A stretch of 64,000 nucleotides of DNA from an uncultured SAR86 cluster bacterium (GTDB taxonomy: Bacteria; Pseudomonadota; Gammaproteobacteria; Magnimaribacterales; D2472): NCBI GenBank assembly GCA_902514105.1, contig CABXPU010000003.1, positions 621-64,620 of the forward strand. The letters are read 5' to 3'. Made by a program: the position numbers and the translations under genes. Below are positions 18,154-27,469 of the stretch, piece by piece; position 1 is the stretch's first letter; every line of letters starts with the position of its first letter. Below the pieces are notes generated by a model. It searched no databases. It was not told the DNA's origin and worked only from the letters and a program-made list of their open reading frames with translations.

Positions 18154-19704
18154 CTATTTATTAGAAATATATTTTAAAACTTTCTTAACATCAATTTTAA
18201 AATTTATCCATGCCGTTTTGGGATCCGCCAAAAAAACATAATAATATTGAATTGGCTTTCCTAAGATATTAAAAATCCAATGTCTAGGCTTTTTAATTAC
18301 ATTGAAGTTATAGTTAAGATAAACGATATCTTTACCTTTATTTGCATAATTTTTTACAAGTTTAACAATTTCAGTATTCATCTTGTGATCTTTGGTGACT
18401 GGAAATGACAAAATATACGGATTTTTACTAACAGCTTTAGACATATATATTGATATATTTTTATATAGTTTTTTATCAATACCTGCTGGCTCTATACGTT
18501 TAATACCATCAAATAAGCCTTGGAAAACTTTTATAACATTTTTGTTAAAGTCACCAATTAAAATAAAACCCTTATTTAGATCGAAATCTTTAGATAGCTT
18601 TTTAGATAAATTATTTAAATGATATTCTAATACGAAGTCATTATTGCCTTCCATTATATTCTTATAATTATCAATAATAGACTTGTACTCTTTTTGATTA
18701 ATAAGGTTAATTTGCTCTTTTGGGTCTTTAAGCAAATCAAAAAATTCTCCATCTGACTTATAAAATGACTCTATGTATTTATAGTTGTTACTCCTCAATG
18801 CAGTTGCGGATTGATTTTGAAATATAAATCTATTATCGACTCTAAACATTCTTTCTGCAATCTCAGAATTATTAGTTATATTTTTCCAAAGGCTTTTACC
18901 ACTAAAGTCTATTTTCTGAAGGTTATTTTTATGCTGCTCAGTAAATAGACCTAAATAGTCCAAGATTGTTAAAGATAAGTCTAAAGTTGAAATCGTCTCT
19001 TCAAATATTTTAGATTCAACCCCGGGCAGCTTTAATAATTGTGGTGTTAGAATATTATCATCATACATTAACAAATCATGTCCGTACTTTCTCATTTCCT
19101 CAAAAGGTATATTTCTTGAGGGATCTGGGTACCCGTGATCAGAACCTAAAACAATTATAGAATCATCATAGATATTTTTACGCTTAAGCTCATCAAGTAC
19201 CTGCTCTACCTTTTTAGACAGATCATAATCATTTCTACAATCTAGATGAAGCCAAAAAAAGAAATCATCATCAACTTTTTCACTATTTATAAATTTATAA
19301 AATGATTCTATCTGCTCTTCGTTAGAAAGCATTCTATTGTTTAAGTTCAAACCAGAACGCAGTTCAGAGCAATTATCTCCATAAATATTAGTTAAGAAAT
19401 CATTGCCATCGCTCCATGAAAATAACCCATATGTTTTATAGCCATTATTTCTTAATATTTGGGGGAAAGATAAGAAATCAGGATTAAAAACAAAACCATT
19501 ATAGTCAAGCGCTTGAAGCGTGCCTGGTAATGCTGTCATCATTGATGATAGCGACATTATAGTACTTGGCGCTGATGTTACTACATTTCTAAAATCAATT
19601 GCATCTCCAGCAAAAGAATTCATCACCTCAAGCTTACCTCTTTCATCCGCATTTGTTTCATAATTTCTTGTAGAGTCGCATAATATCCAGATAATATTTT
19701 TCAT
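18154..19704 (-). CDS. Soluble sulfatase-like (alkaline phosphatase superfamily) hydrolase/transferase
   Basis: NIIWILCDSTR, TSAPSTIMSLSSMMT (Thr at the nucleophile position), GSDHG, EFFDLLKDPKEQINL. Confidence 0.8.
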   Translation of the reverse strand: MKNIIWILCDSTRNYETNADERGKLEVMNSFAGDAIDFRNVVTSAPSTIMSLSSMMTALPGTLQALDYNGFVFNPDFLSFPQILRNNGYKTYGLFSWSDGNDFLTNIYGDNCSELRSGLNLNNRMLSNEEQIESFYKFINSEKVDDDFFFWLHLDCRNDYDLSKKVEQVLDELKRKNIYDDSIIVLGSDHGYPDPSRNIPFEEMRKYGHDLLMYDDNILTPQLLKLPGVESKIFEETISTLDLSLTILDYLGLFTEQHKNNLQKIDFSGKSLWKNITNNSEIAERMFRVDNRFIFQNQSATALRSNNYKYIESFYKSDGEFFDLLKDPKEQINLINQKEYKSIIDNYKNIMEGNNDFVLEYHLNNLSKKLSKDFDLNKGFILIGDFNKNVIKVFQGLFDGIKRIEPAGIDKKLYKNISIYMSKAVSKNPYILSFPVTKDHKMNTEIVKLVKNYANKGKDIVYLNYNFNVIKKPRHWIFNILGKPIQYYYVFLADPKTAWINFKIDVKKVLKYISNK

Positions 19705-19776
19705 TTAGGTATCCTTCTTTCTAATCAGAAGATTTAATAGATTAAAATTTAAATGTTTCACCAGTTGTAATTGCAT

Positions 19777-20829
19777 TCACTTAGTTAGAGAATTAACGTA
19801 CCAGTCCATCGCTTCATCCAAACCCTCGGATATCATGTACTCTGGCTGGTAGTTTAATAATGTATACGCCTTGTCAATACTGGCCTGAGAATGTCTAACA
19901 TCTCCCGGCCTAAAATCTCTATAAATCGGCGCTTTCTTTTTTAACCCTTGTGTTCTCTGAATAAGCCTATCCTCAATCATTTGATAAAGTTTATTAAGGC
20001 TTGTCCTGTCATTAAGAGCTACGTTGTATATTTGATCAGTCGCGTCTTCATTGTTAGTAGTTGCTGCAAGTAAATTCATTTGTACCGTGTTACTAACATA
20101 ACAAAAATCTCTGCTAGTCTCTCCATCACCATTAATAAATACATCATCTTTATTTAAGATGGCTGCCACCCATTTTGGGATTACTGCAGCATATGCACCA
20201 TTAGGGTCTTGTCTTTTTCCAAAGATATTAAAATATCTTAGGCCTATGCTCTTAAAACCATAAGTTTTCGCAAAAACACTTGCATAAAGCTCGTTTACGG
20301 CTTTAGTAACTGCATAAGGGCTTAGAGGGTTTCCAATCGTATCTTCCACTTTTGGCAGGGCTGGATGGTCTCCATAGGTAGAGCTTGATGCAGCATAAAC
20401 AAACCGTTTAACATTTGCATCTTTACTGGCAACTAACATATTTAAAAAGCCATCTATGTTGGCTCTATTAGTATTAATAGGATCTTCGATTGATCTTGGC
20501 ACAGATCCTAATGCCGCTTGGTGAAGCACATAATCAATACCATCACAAGCTTGCTGGCAATCCTTTAACTCTCTAATATCACCTTCGATAAACTTAAAAT
20601 TGCTACTTAATGATTTTCCTGTAGTTTGTTCAGCATCTGCAATTGCCTGATGAATATTGTGCTGGTATCCTGTTTCGCAATTATCTAGGCCCACTACTTT
20701 TTGATCAAGGACTAGTAATTTTTCTAACAAATTAGAGCCAATAAATCCAGCAACACCGGTGACAAGCCAAGTAGCTTGATTTTCTGACAATTTTTTTTCT
20801 AACTTTTCATATGCTGTCATAGTTTTCAT
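19777..20829 (-). CDS. tviC: UDP-GlcNAc(A) C4-epimerase (TviC/WbpP family)
   Basis: [62 protein letters not shown]. Confidence 0.9.
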   Translation of the reverse strand: MKTMTAYEKLEKKLSENQATWLVTGVAGFIGSNLLEKLLVLDQKVVGLDNCETGYQHNIHQAIADAEQTTGKSLSSNFKFIEGDIRELKDCQQACDGIDYVLHQAALGSVPRSIEDPINTNRANIDGFLNMLVASKDANVKRFVYAASSSTYGDHPALPKVEDTIGNPLSPYAVTKAVNELYASVFAKTYGFKSIGLRYFNIFGKRQDPNGAYAAVIPKWVAAILNKDDVFINGDGETSRDFCYVSNTVQMNLLAATTNNEDATDQIYNVALNDRTSLNKLYQMIEDRLIQRTQGLKKKAPIYRDFRPGDVRHSQASIDKAYTLLNYQPEYMISEGLDEAMDWYVNSLTK

Positions 20830-20835
20830 TTTTGA

Positions 20836-22485
20836 TCATTTCCATCCTTCACGCTTCATGAAATCATACACTGTGTATTCATCATTTGCGTGCATGTGAT
20901 GACAACCTTTAATTTTTTTAAAAAATTCTGGATTTACATCGGTAATTTTTTCTTCTATGAATGAATTCTTTGTTAATTGTATTATCTTGGATAAACTTAA
21001 AGATGCTCCGTATGCATTAAAATCCTGTTTTTGCCTACCTCTTACAACAAAACCGTTTTTGGAAAATAAAATACCGCCATTTCTTGCAATTCTACTATCA
21101 AAAACTATCGGGTTGTTTTCATGAGGCGTCCAATTTGCAGAAATTGGACTGTCACTGTAAAAAGCTAATAATCGAGAACAATGATCATTTCCATAGTGCC
21201 CCTTGGTGTTTGTTAATAGCCACCATTTATTATTAAACAAAAACACCATAGTATCTGCAGCATCAATATCTTTAAAAATATCACCTTGGTATTCCCATTT
21301 CATAGGATAATCTGTACATCGATATAGCCTTATTGAATTGGATTGTGAGGTTTCTGGGATCATAAACAAATTATTTTCATATTCAAAAATATAAGGAAAT
21401 GACATATGAAATTCTTCTTTAATGATCTCCCCTAATATTTTGTATTCCCCGTTCGAAAATATTTCAATTGCCGATATACAACCTTTTTTTGCTTGCCGAG
21501 AATAATCTTCTACATAGCAAATAGTTTTATCATTCTTTGTTATTACAAAAGGATCAGCATAATAATGATCTGTGGGATTCTTTATAACAACTCCTTTTCT
21601 TAAGCTAGCTACTTCCCATTTAGAGTGAACAAACGCAACTCCCCATCTATCCCCTATCTTTAATATTCTTGATTCAAAAATGCGTTTAAAAAATGCAAAT
21701 ACAACTTTATATATATATGTTAGGCTCTGAATTACCGTGGGCTTTTTCAATAACTGATTACTAAAGACAGTACTTTGAAAATTATCGGAAAAATCCTCTT
21801 TCATTATAAAATGAGATAGACATGGATAGCTTTCACTATATAAACTTACCAAATTCTCAACATATGTTCGCTTTGTTGTTACGCTGCCCTTATAAACAAC
21901 AGTACCACCATCAAGCTCGGAGTTTAATATTTGAATAATAAAGCCTGTTGATGGTTTTTTATGATAAACCTCCCAAAATGCTGGTGGAGATCCTCTATTC
22001 CAATTATTATCACCATGATGAAAGGAAATAATACCTTGCTTAGATATCTTAAGTATTTCACCTTGGAATATGCCAGGTGCATTACCCCTTACAATAATAT
22101 CAAGATCTAAGTCTTGAATCTTAATAATATCTTTTTCAGAGTATTTAACAAAAATTCCAGATTTTGAAAAAATTGGTTTCAGGATTACAGGCTCTCTATT
22201 ATTAAAACAGCTTATGTCAAATATTTCAAAATGCTTTCCAATTTCAGAATTTTTTCTTTGTAAAATAACTTTTTCTGTAAAGATTATTAGTTTAAAGAGT
22301 ATCGACTTAAAAATAGATTCGACTCTTTTTAATAAGTTTACTTTTACCTGTTTTAGAAGTGAATCGCTATCATTTATTAGGAAAAACAAATCTGCATTTT
22401 TATTTGATAACTCGGAAATAGTTTTGTAAAAATAAGGGTTGCACTTTGTGTTTTGTAACAAAACACCAACTTTTTTTTTTATCAT
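20836..22485 (-). CDS. Fusion of a formyltransferase-like domain and a beta-propeller (GINT1 N-terminal/GH-like) domain
   Basis: N-terminal: SFHHGD...RGSPPAFWE...ELDGG. C-terminal: YADPF, HMSFPYIF, MIPET, YPMKW, WTPHENNPI, ARNGG. Confidence 0.7.
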   Translation of the reverse strand: MIKKKVGVLLQNTKCNPYFYKTISELSNKNADLFFLINDSDSLLKQVKVNLLKRVESIFKSILFKLIIFTEKVILQRKNSEIGKHFEIFDISCFNNREPVILKPIFSKSGIFVKYSEKDIIKIQDLDLDIIVRGNAPGIFQGEILKISKQGIISFHHGDNNWNRGSPPAFWEVYHKKPSTGFIIQILNSELDGGTVVYKGSVTTKRTYVENLVSLYSESYPCLSHFIMKEDFSDNFQSTVFSNQLLKKPTVIQSLTYIYKVVFAFFKRIFESRILKIGDRWGVAFVHSKWEVASLRKGVVIKNPTDHYYADPFVITKNDKTICYVEDYSRQAKKGCISAIEIFSNGEYKILGEIIKEEFHMSFPYIFEYENNLFMIPETSQSNSIRLYRCTDYPMKWEYQGDIFKDIDAADTMVFLFNNKWWLLTNTKGHYGNDHCSRLLAFYSDSPISANWTPHENNPIVFDSRIARNGGILFSKNGFVVRGRQKQDFNAYGASLSLSKIIQLTKNSFIEEKITDVNPEFFKKIKGCHHMHANDEYTVYDFMKREGWK

Positions 22486-22500
22486 ATGTAGAAAATATCC

Positions 22501-23766
22501 TTATAGTCTTCCATCTACTTCTTTAGCATCAAGTATATTTTTAATATCATAAAGTACGTAATTATCCTTACCAAAGGATTTTATGTTATCGATCGATAAC
22601 TTTTTGAATATATCATGTGCAACTGCTAATAATATTACATCATATTTACCTTTTACTGGTTTATCGATTAGTTTAATATCATATTCACGTATGGCTTCAC
22701 TCTTCTCAACCCAAGGATCATACACATCTACACTGCAATTGAAATTTTCAAACTCTTCAACTAAATCTACCACACGCGTATTGCGAAGATCAGGACAATT
22801 CTCTTTAAACGTAAGACCCATAATTAATACATTTGACTCTGCAGTATGGATGCGCTTTTTAGTCATCAGCTTAAACACTTGATCTGCTATGTAAGATCCC
22901 ATGCCGTCATTAAGTCTGCGACCAGCTAGAATCATTTCCGGATTATAGCCAACTTCTAGTGCTTTGTGAGTTAGGTAATATGGATCAACACCAATACAGT
23001 GCCCCCCTACAAGACCTGGTCTAAATGGTAAAAAATTCCATTTAGTACCGGCTGCCTCTAATACAGATTCTGTATCAATATCTAGTTTATTAAAAATAAG
23101 TGCAAATTCATTAATAAGAGCAATGTTTACATCTCTTTGAGTATTTTCTATGACTTTTGCAGCCTCAGCCACTTTAATGCTTCGTGCCTTATGCGTGCCT
23201 GCTAAAATAATTTCTTGATAAAGCTCATCAACCTCAGTTGCGATTTCAGGCGTCGAGCCAGCGGTCACCTTTATAATAGTGGTGACACGATGTTCTTTAT
23301 CTCCAGGATTAATACGCTCTGGAGAGTATCCACAGTAAAAGTCTTTATTGAATACTAGGCCCGACTTTTCTTCAAGAATTGGTACGCATACTTCTTCTGT
23401 AGCACCTGGATAAACAGTTGATTCGTAAATAACTATGTCACCTTTTTTAAGAATTCTGCTAACTAATTCACTAGCCTTTTCTAAAGGAGTTAAGTCTGGT
23501 CTTTTATGTTTATCAATGGGGGTTGGAACAGTTACAATGAAAATCTCACAATCCTTTATATCCTCAAGATTAGTTGTATAACGAAGATGGATTGCATCAT
23601 TAAGCTCTTCAGAGTTAGTCTCAAGGGTTGAGTCAACACCATTTTTAAGATCATTGATTCTAAACTGATTAATATCAAAACCTACGACAGTTCGTTTTTT
23701 ACCAAATTCAACTGCAAGAGGAAGGCCTACATAACCAAGGCCAATTAGTGCTATTTTTTTATTCAT
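22501..23766 (-). CDS. tviB: UDP-GlcNAc 6-dehydrogenase (TviB/WbpO family)
   Basis: [60 protein letters not shown]. Confidence 0.93.
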   Translation of the reverse strand: MNKKIALIGLGYVGLPLAVEFGKKRTVVGFDINQFRINDLKNGVDSTLETNSEELNDAIHLRYTTNLEDIKDCEIFIVTVPTPIDKHKRPDLTPLEKASELVSRILKKGDIVIYESTVYPGATEEVCVPILEEKSGLVFNKDFYCGYSPERINPGDKEHRVTTIIKVTAGSTPEIATEVDELYQEIILAGTHKARSIKVAEAAKVIENTQRDVNIALINEFALIFNKLDIDTESVLEAAGTKWNFLPFRPGLVGGHCIGVDPYYLTHKALEVGYNPEMILAGRRLNDGMGSYIADQVFKLMTKKRIHTAESNVLIMGLTFKENCPDLRNTRVVDLVEEFENFNCSVDVYDPWVEKSEAIREYDIKLIDKPVKGKYDVILLAVAHDIFKKLSIDNIKSFGKDNYVLYDIKNILDAKEVDGRL

Positions 23767-23796
23767 ATTTTTCTTCTTAATAGATCTTGCTTGTAA

Positions 23797-24747
23797 TTAG
23801 GAAATATTTTTTCTTAAAAAAATATGTTTTATAAAAACTAAAGCAATACTTAGCATCCCACCCAATATTGCAAATAAAATACAAATTTTTGCTCTGCTAG
23901 GCCCCGATTTTTTTTCCATTACCGCAGGAGGGTCAATGTAATCAAAAACATAAGCTTGATTTGCTTCAATAAGGGTTAATTTTTTAGTTTCTTCTTGAAG
24001 AAGTTGTGCCATAACTTGCTTGATTTCGGATAAACTGGTCATTGAGATTTGTTGATTTAAATAACTCACAGCTTTTTCTGATTCTGCTTTATCTTTTTGT
24101 CTATAAAAAGTATTAACTTCATTAATAACTAGCTCAACCCATTGCTTCGCAATAAACGGTGATTGGTGTTTTATTGATAAAGTAATAAAACCAGATTTTT
24201 TATCTTGACTTAAACTTAAGTGTTCAGATCTAAATACTTCAAAGCTCTCTTGGGCGCTGGGTATTTTTTGCTTTGGATAAGAAACATCTCTAACCCAAGT
24301 GTTGCTATTTATTTTATAAATACTTTCGTCATATGTAAGCGTGTTTGTTCCAGAGTTCCACGACTTAACAGCCATAAGATCTGGCACATTAATATTTTTA
24401 AGTATACTGTTTTCAAAGAAGCTTAGAGAGTTTATTTTTTGTATTGCTTGTGCAGAATTGTCCTCTCCACCGCCGCCAGAGGGAAGATTTATCCCAGCAA
24501 GACCTGCAAGGCTACTATAACTTGAAAGAGCACCGGATATGCTACTAGATGACTTAACAGGCACTAGCAAAGCTCTAGATTCATATATATTTGGTAAAAG
24601 AAGGCTGTAAATGACTCCAATAATAGAGATAAATGTTGTCACAGAAACAATAATCCATTTTCCTTGCAATAGAACATTAAAAAGTTCCAAAAGATCTATT
24701 TCATCATCAAAATTGTTTGGATGTTTGTTGCTATGTTCTTCTTGCAT
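23797..24747 (-). CDS. wzz: Chain-length determinant Wzz
   Basis: DEIDLLELF, N-terminal TM, coiled-coil region, IDPP...SGPSR followed by a C-terminal TM. Confidence 0.88.
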   Translation of the reverse strand: MQEEHSNKHPNNFDDEIDLLELFNVLLQGKWIIVSVTTFISIIGVIYSLLLPNIYESRALLVPVKSSSSISGALSSYSSLAGLAGINLPSGGGGEDNSAQAIQKINSLSFFENSILKNINVPDLMAVKSWNSGTNTLTYDESIYKINSNTWVRDVSYPKQKIPSAQESFEVFRSEHLSLSQDKKSGFITLSIKHQSPFIAKQWVELVINEVNTFYRQKDKAESEKAVSYLNQQISMTSLSEIKQVMAQLLQEETKKLTLIEANQAYVFDYIDPPAVMEKKSGPSRAKICILFAILGGMLSIALVFIKHIFLRKNIS

Positions 24748-24753
24748 AAGTAA

Positions 24754-25065
24754 TTATAAATTGATGTATGAGTTTAGTTTATCGTATTCTTGTTTCTTTT
24801 TAATAATAAATTTCTTAGTTATAGCTGCTTTTTCTTGAATACCTTTTGGCGTTAATATATACACATAGTTAATTTTTTGGTTTGAATTATTAAAGTTATG
24901 AATTTTAATAAACCCAATATCAATCAATGCTTTAAGACAATAGTTGACTTTTCCTATACTTAAGCCTGTTTTTTTAGCTATTTGTCTTTGGGATGGATTA
25001 TTATCACCTTGAATAATATGCATTACATCTAAATGGTCTTCAGTGATATTTTGAGATTTGATCAT
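24754..25065 (-). CDS. MarR-family EPS-associated transcriptional regulator
   Basis: SQRQIA..GLSIGKVNYCLKALIDIG...YVYILTPKGIQEK. Confidence 0.9.
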   Translation of the reverse strand: MIKSQNITEDHLDVMHIIQGDNNPSQRQIAKKTGLSIGKVNYCLKALIDIGFIKIHNFNNSNQKINYVYILTPKGIQEKAAITKKFIIKKKQEYDKLNSYINL

Positions 25066-25120
25066 AGGTATTTAATAAATTTTTTGTAACTATTTACAAA
25101 TGTAAAAATAATTTGAATTT

Positions 25121-25132
25121 ATAGCTACCGCA
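25121..25132 (-). promoter_or_regulatory. ops-like RfaH recruitment element
   Basis: Minus strand TGCGGTAGCTAT versus ops consensus GGCGGTAG; located in the leader of the polysaccharide operon next to rfaH. Confidence 0.6.
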
Positions 25133-25163
25133 CGGAATATTAACAAAATGTTTTAATTAATCA

Positions 25164-25190
25164 ATAACCGTTCAAATATTGAACGATTAT
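25164..25190. promoter_or_regulatory. Palindromic operator, candidate MarR-EPS binding site
   Basis: ATAAcCGTTCAA-ATA-TTGAACGaTTAT: 12-bp arms with one mismatch, abutting a minus-strand TTGATT-N16-TAATAT promoter candidate. Confidence 0.55.
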
Positions 25191-25219
25191 AATTAAGATG
25201 AATTTAATAGGCAATGATT

Positions 25220-25699
25220 TTAAAAGATAAGATCTTTCTCTGCTAAGTTAATTATTCTTGTAGAACCAAGAATAGATAGAAGGACATCAATTCGCTTATT
25301 AGACGGAAGTGAGCAAATTTTTACTATACTTCCCTTTAAAGATCCCTTTGAAATAGTTGCATCTTGGCCAATTTGTATTAATGAAGCTACTGGATCTATT
25401 TTTGATGTTTTTTCAGCAATTCGCATTGCTTTAATGTCTTCATGAGAAATAAAAGAGATATTATCTCCAAATGTTATGATATTTTTTATGCCCCTTGTGT
25501 ATTTAAGAGTTGAGTAATTTTTAATATCGGTATTAATAAAAATGTATCCAGGGAATAAGGCCTCCTCTTTAGGAATAGAGTCTTTCTTTTTTATTGTTAT
25601 TTTCGGTAAATAAAAGGGGAAATCTTGATTTAATAGGTTACTTTCTACCCGCTTAACTTCGTTAATTTTATATAAAGCGATAAGCCATTTTTTTTTCAT
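25220..25699 (-). CDS. rfaH: RfaH/NusG-family transcription antiterminator
   Basis: W at the N-terminus, NLLNQ...YLP, EALFPGYIF, TRGIKNIITFG, KOW-like IGQDATISKGSLKG. Confidence 0.85.
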   Translation of the reverse strand: MKKKWLIALYKINEVKRVESNLLNQDFPFYLPKITIKKKDSIPKEEALFPGYIFINTDIKNYSTLKYTRGIKNIITFGDNISFISHEDIKAMRIAEKTSKIDPVASLIQIGQDATISKGSLKGSIVKICSLPSNKRIDVLLSILGSTRIINLAEKDLIF

Positions 25700-25707
25700 A
25701 TTATTAA

Positions 25708-25794
25708 TGGTACCCGAGGCCGGACTTGAACCGGCACGATATTTCTATCGAGGGATTTTAAGTCCCTTGTGTCTACCAATTCCACCACTCGGGC
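25708..25794 (-). tRNA. tRNA-Leu(TAA)
   Basis: GCCCGAGTGGTGGAATTGGTAGACACAAGGGACTTAAAATCCCTCG...GGTTCAAGTCCGGCCTCGGGTACCA; long variable arm, encoded CCA. Confidence 0.97.
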
Positions 25795-25861
25795 ATTTTA
25801 ATTGATACCAAATTTTAATATTTATTATACTTTTAAAAGAGAAAAAGTCTTTAAAAAATAA

Positions 25862-25935
25862 TGGAGGCTGAATCCGGAATCGAACCGGAGTTAACGGCTT
25901 TGCAGGCCGCTGCATAACCACTCTGCCATCCAGCC
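25862..25935 (-). tRNA. tRNA-Cys(GCA)
   Basis: GGCTGGATGGCAGAGTGGTTATGCAGCGGCCTGCAAAGCCG...GGTTCGATTCCGGATTCAGCCTCCA. Confidence 0.97.
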
Positions 25936-26045
25936 AAATTAAGCAAAATGTATTGTATACATCTATTATCTAAATTAGAAATAAAATTATTAATATCTTA
26001 ATTTATATATGTCGTAATTTTTGGTATCAAAGCCATCACTGACAA

Positions 26046-26930
26046 TTATTTTTTTAATTCAGTCTCATAATTTTTATCATCTGATGAATTGCTATCAAAA
26101 TTTACATTCTGCTCTGCTTCTCTATTGCTTAAAGAGCTATATTGACTACGTATATTATTATTTATCGATATACATTTCTCTAGAAGATTGAATGGTTGCC
26201 CAATATCTTTAGAATATTGAAGTAAAGCCTTTGTGTCTTTTGGAAAACATGGGCCACCAAATCCTAACTTCCCATCAGGGCCTGGAACCTGCATATGTGA
26301 ATTTCCAATTCTTTTGTCATTTTTAATAATTTTTATAAAATTTTCCCAATTATCTTCAGCTCCAGAATTGCTAAAAACTTTAAAAAGTTCATTAAAAAAT
26401 ATCACCTTAGTAGATAAAAAGTTGTTAATGGAATATTTAACCAAAGATGCAGAGATTAAATCTGTGAATTGGTAATTGGTATTAATACAATTAGTGTATT
26501 TTCTGTAAAAATTTGCTAATTCTTTATTTGCTTTATCATCATTACCACCAAAAATAATGAGATCAGCATTTATAAAATCTTCATTTGCAAAATTTTCTCT
26601 TAAAAACTCTGGATTATATACAATGTTTGGAATCTTAATTTCTATTCTAGATATATATGAAGGCAATACTGTGCTCTTTAAAACAATTAATGAGGACTCT
26701 GTAAGGGAATTTAATTCATTAACAACGTTTTCTAATATAGAAGCATCTTGTGATCCATCATCATTCATTGGAGTTGGAACACAAATAAATATAGTATCTG
26801 GTTTAAAAGCCTTAAGATCATTAATATTAGTATTTAGTTTTGGATCAACTAAAAGAACCTCTACAGGAGTTTTTAAACTATTATGCAATGCCTTTCCAAC
26901 AAATCCATAGCCAATAATTGCAACTTTCAT
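26046..26930 (-). CDS. UDP-glucose/GDP-mannose dehydrogenase family protein, short form
   Basis: GYGFVG, CVPTP, KSTV, NPEFLRE, GFGGPCFPKD; 294 aa with no C-terminal domain. Confidence 0.85.
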   Translation of the reverse strand: MKVAIIGYGFVGKALHNSLKTPVEVLLVDPKLNTNINDLKAFKPDTIFICVPTPMNDDGSQDASILENVVNELNSLTESSLIVLKSTVLPSYISRIEIKIPNIVYNPEFLRENFANEDFINADLIIFGGNDDKANKELANFYRKYTNCINTNYQFTDLISASLVKYSINNFLSTKVIFFNELFKVFSNSGAEDNWENFIKIIKNDKRIGNSHMQVPGPDGKLGFGGPCFPKDTKALLQYSKDIGQPFNLLEKCISINNNIRSQYSSLSNREAEQNVNFDSNSSDDKNYETELKK

Positions 26931-27469
26931 ACTTGATGCTTAAAAGAACTAACCGTATATATATACGCAGTATAAATAGTTATTAATAAAGATAAGAATA
27001 GGAGCATGTCTCCAAATAATATTAGAAGCATATTATTTAATGTTAATCCTAGTAAGTAAATGGAAATAGTAAAAAGCTGAATTGTAGTTTTAATTTTTGC
27101 TAAAAATATTACTTTTGTAGCGCCTGATCTTCCTTGTCTTGCATTGAAGTCTCGCAACGCACCTACCCAAATTTCTCTTGTTATTATTAAAGATGCCATG
27201 AAGGCTATAAAATAGCTTGTTAGATTTACTGAAAGCCCAAATAAAACAAAAACTATCAATATTTTGTCTGCAATTGGGTCTAGAATTTCTCCTATTTGAG
27301 AGGTTAGGTTATATTTTCTTGCCAAGTAACCATCCCAGTAGTCAGTTGCGCCTGCTACAAAAAATAAGATAAAGGCTAGAAAATATCCTTCTGGCCTGGT
27401 TAATAGCAGAAAAATAACAGCGGCAAGAAAAATTCTGGAAAGCGTTAGTAAATTTATAAAGTACGTCAT
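26927..27469 (-). CDS. pgsA: CDP-diacylglycerol--glycerol-3-phosphate 3-phosphatidyltransferase
   Basis: NLLTLSR, TDYWDGYLARK...GEILDPIADK; directly downstream of uvrC. Confidence 0.93.
   Translation of the reverse strand: MTYFINLLTLSRIFLAAVIFLLLTRPEGYFLAFILFFVAGATDYWDGYLARKYNLTSQIGEILDPIADKILIVFVLFGLSVNLTSYFIAFMASLIITREIWVGALRDFNARQGRSGATKVIFLAKIKTTIQLFTISIYLLGLTLNNMLLILFGDMLLFLSLLITIYTAYIYTVSSFKHQV

Larger units (their letters stand above)
402..25699 (-). other. Surface polysaccharide (Wzx/Wzy-dependent, O-antigen-like) variable genomic island
   Basis: About 25 kb of co-oriented glycan genes between tRNA-Leu and infC; no integrase seen. Confidence 0.85.

Noticed and set aside
25936-26045. 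tRNA-Gly expected from the glyW-cysT-leuZ arrangement
   Set aside because: The region is very AT-rich with no T-arm (GTTCGA) or acceptor stem
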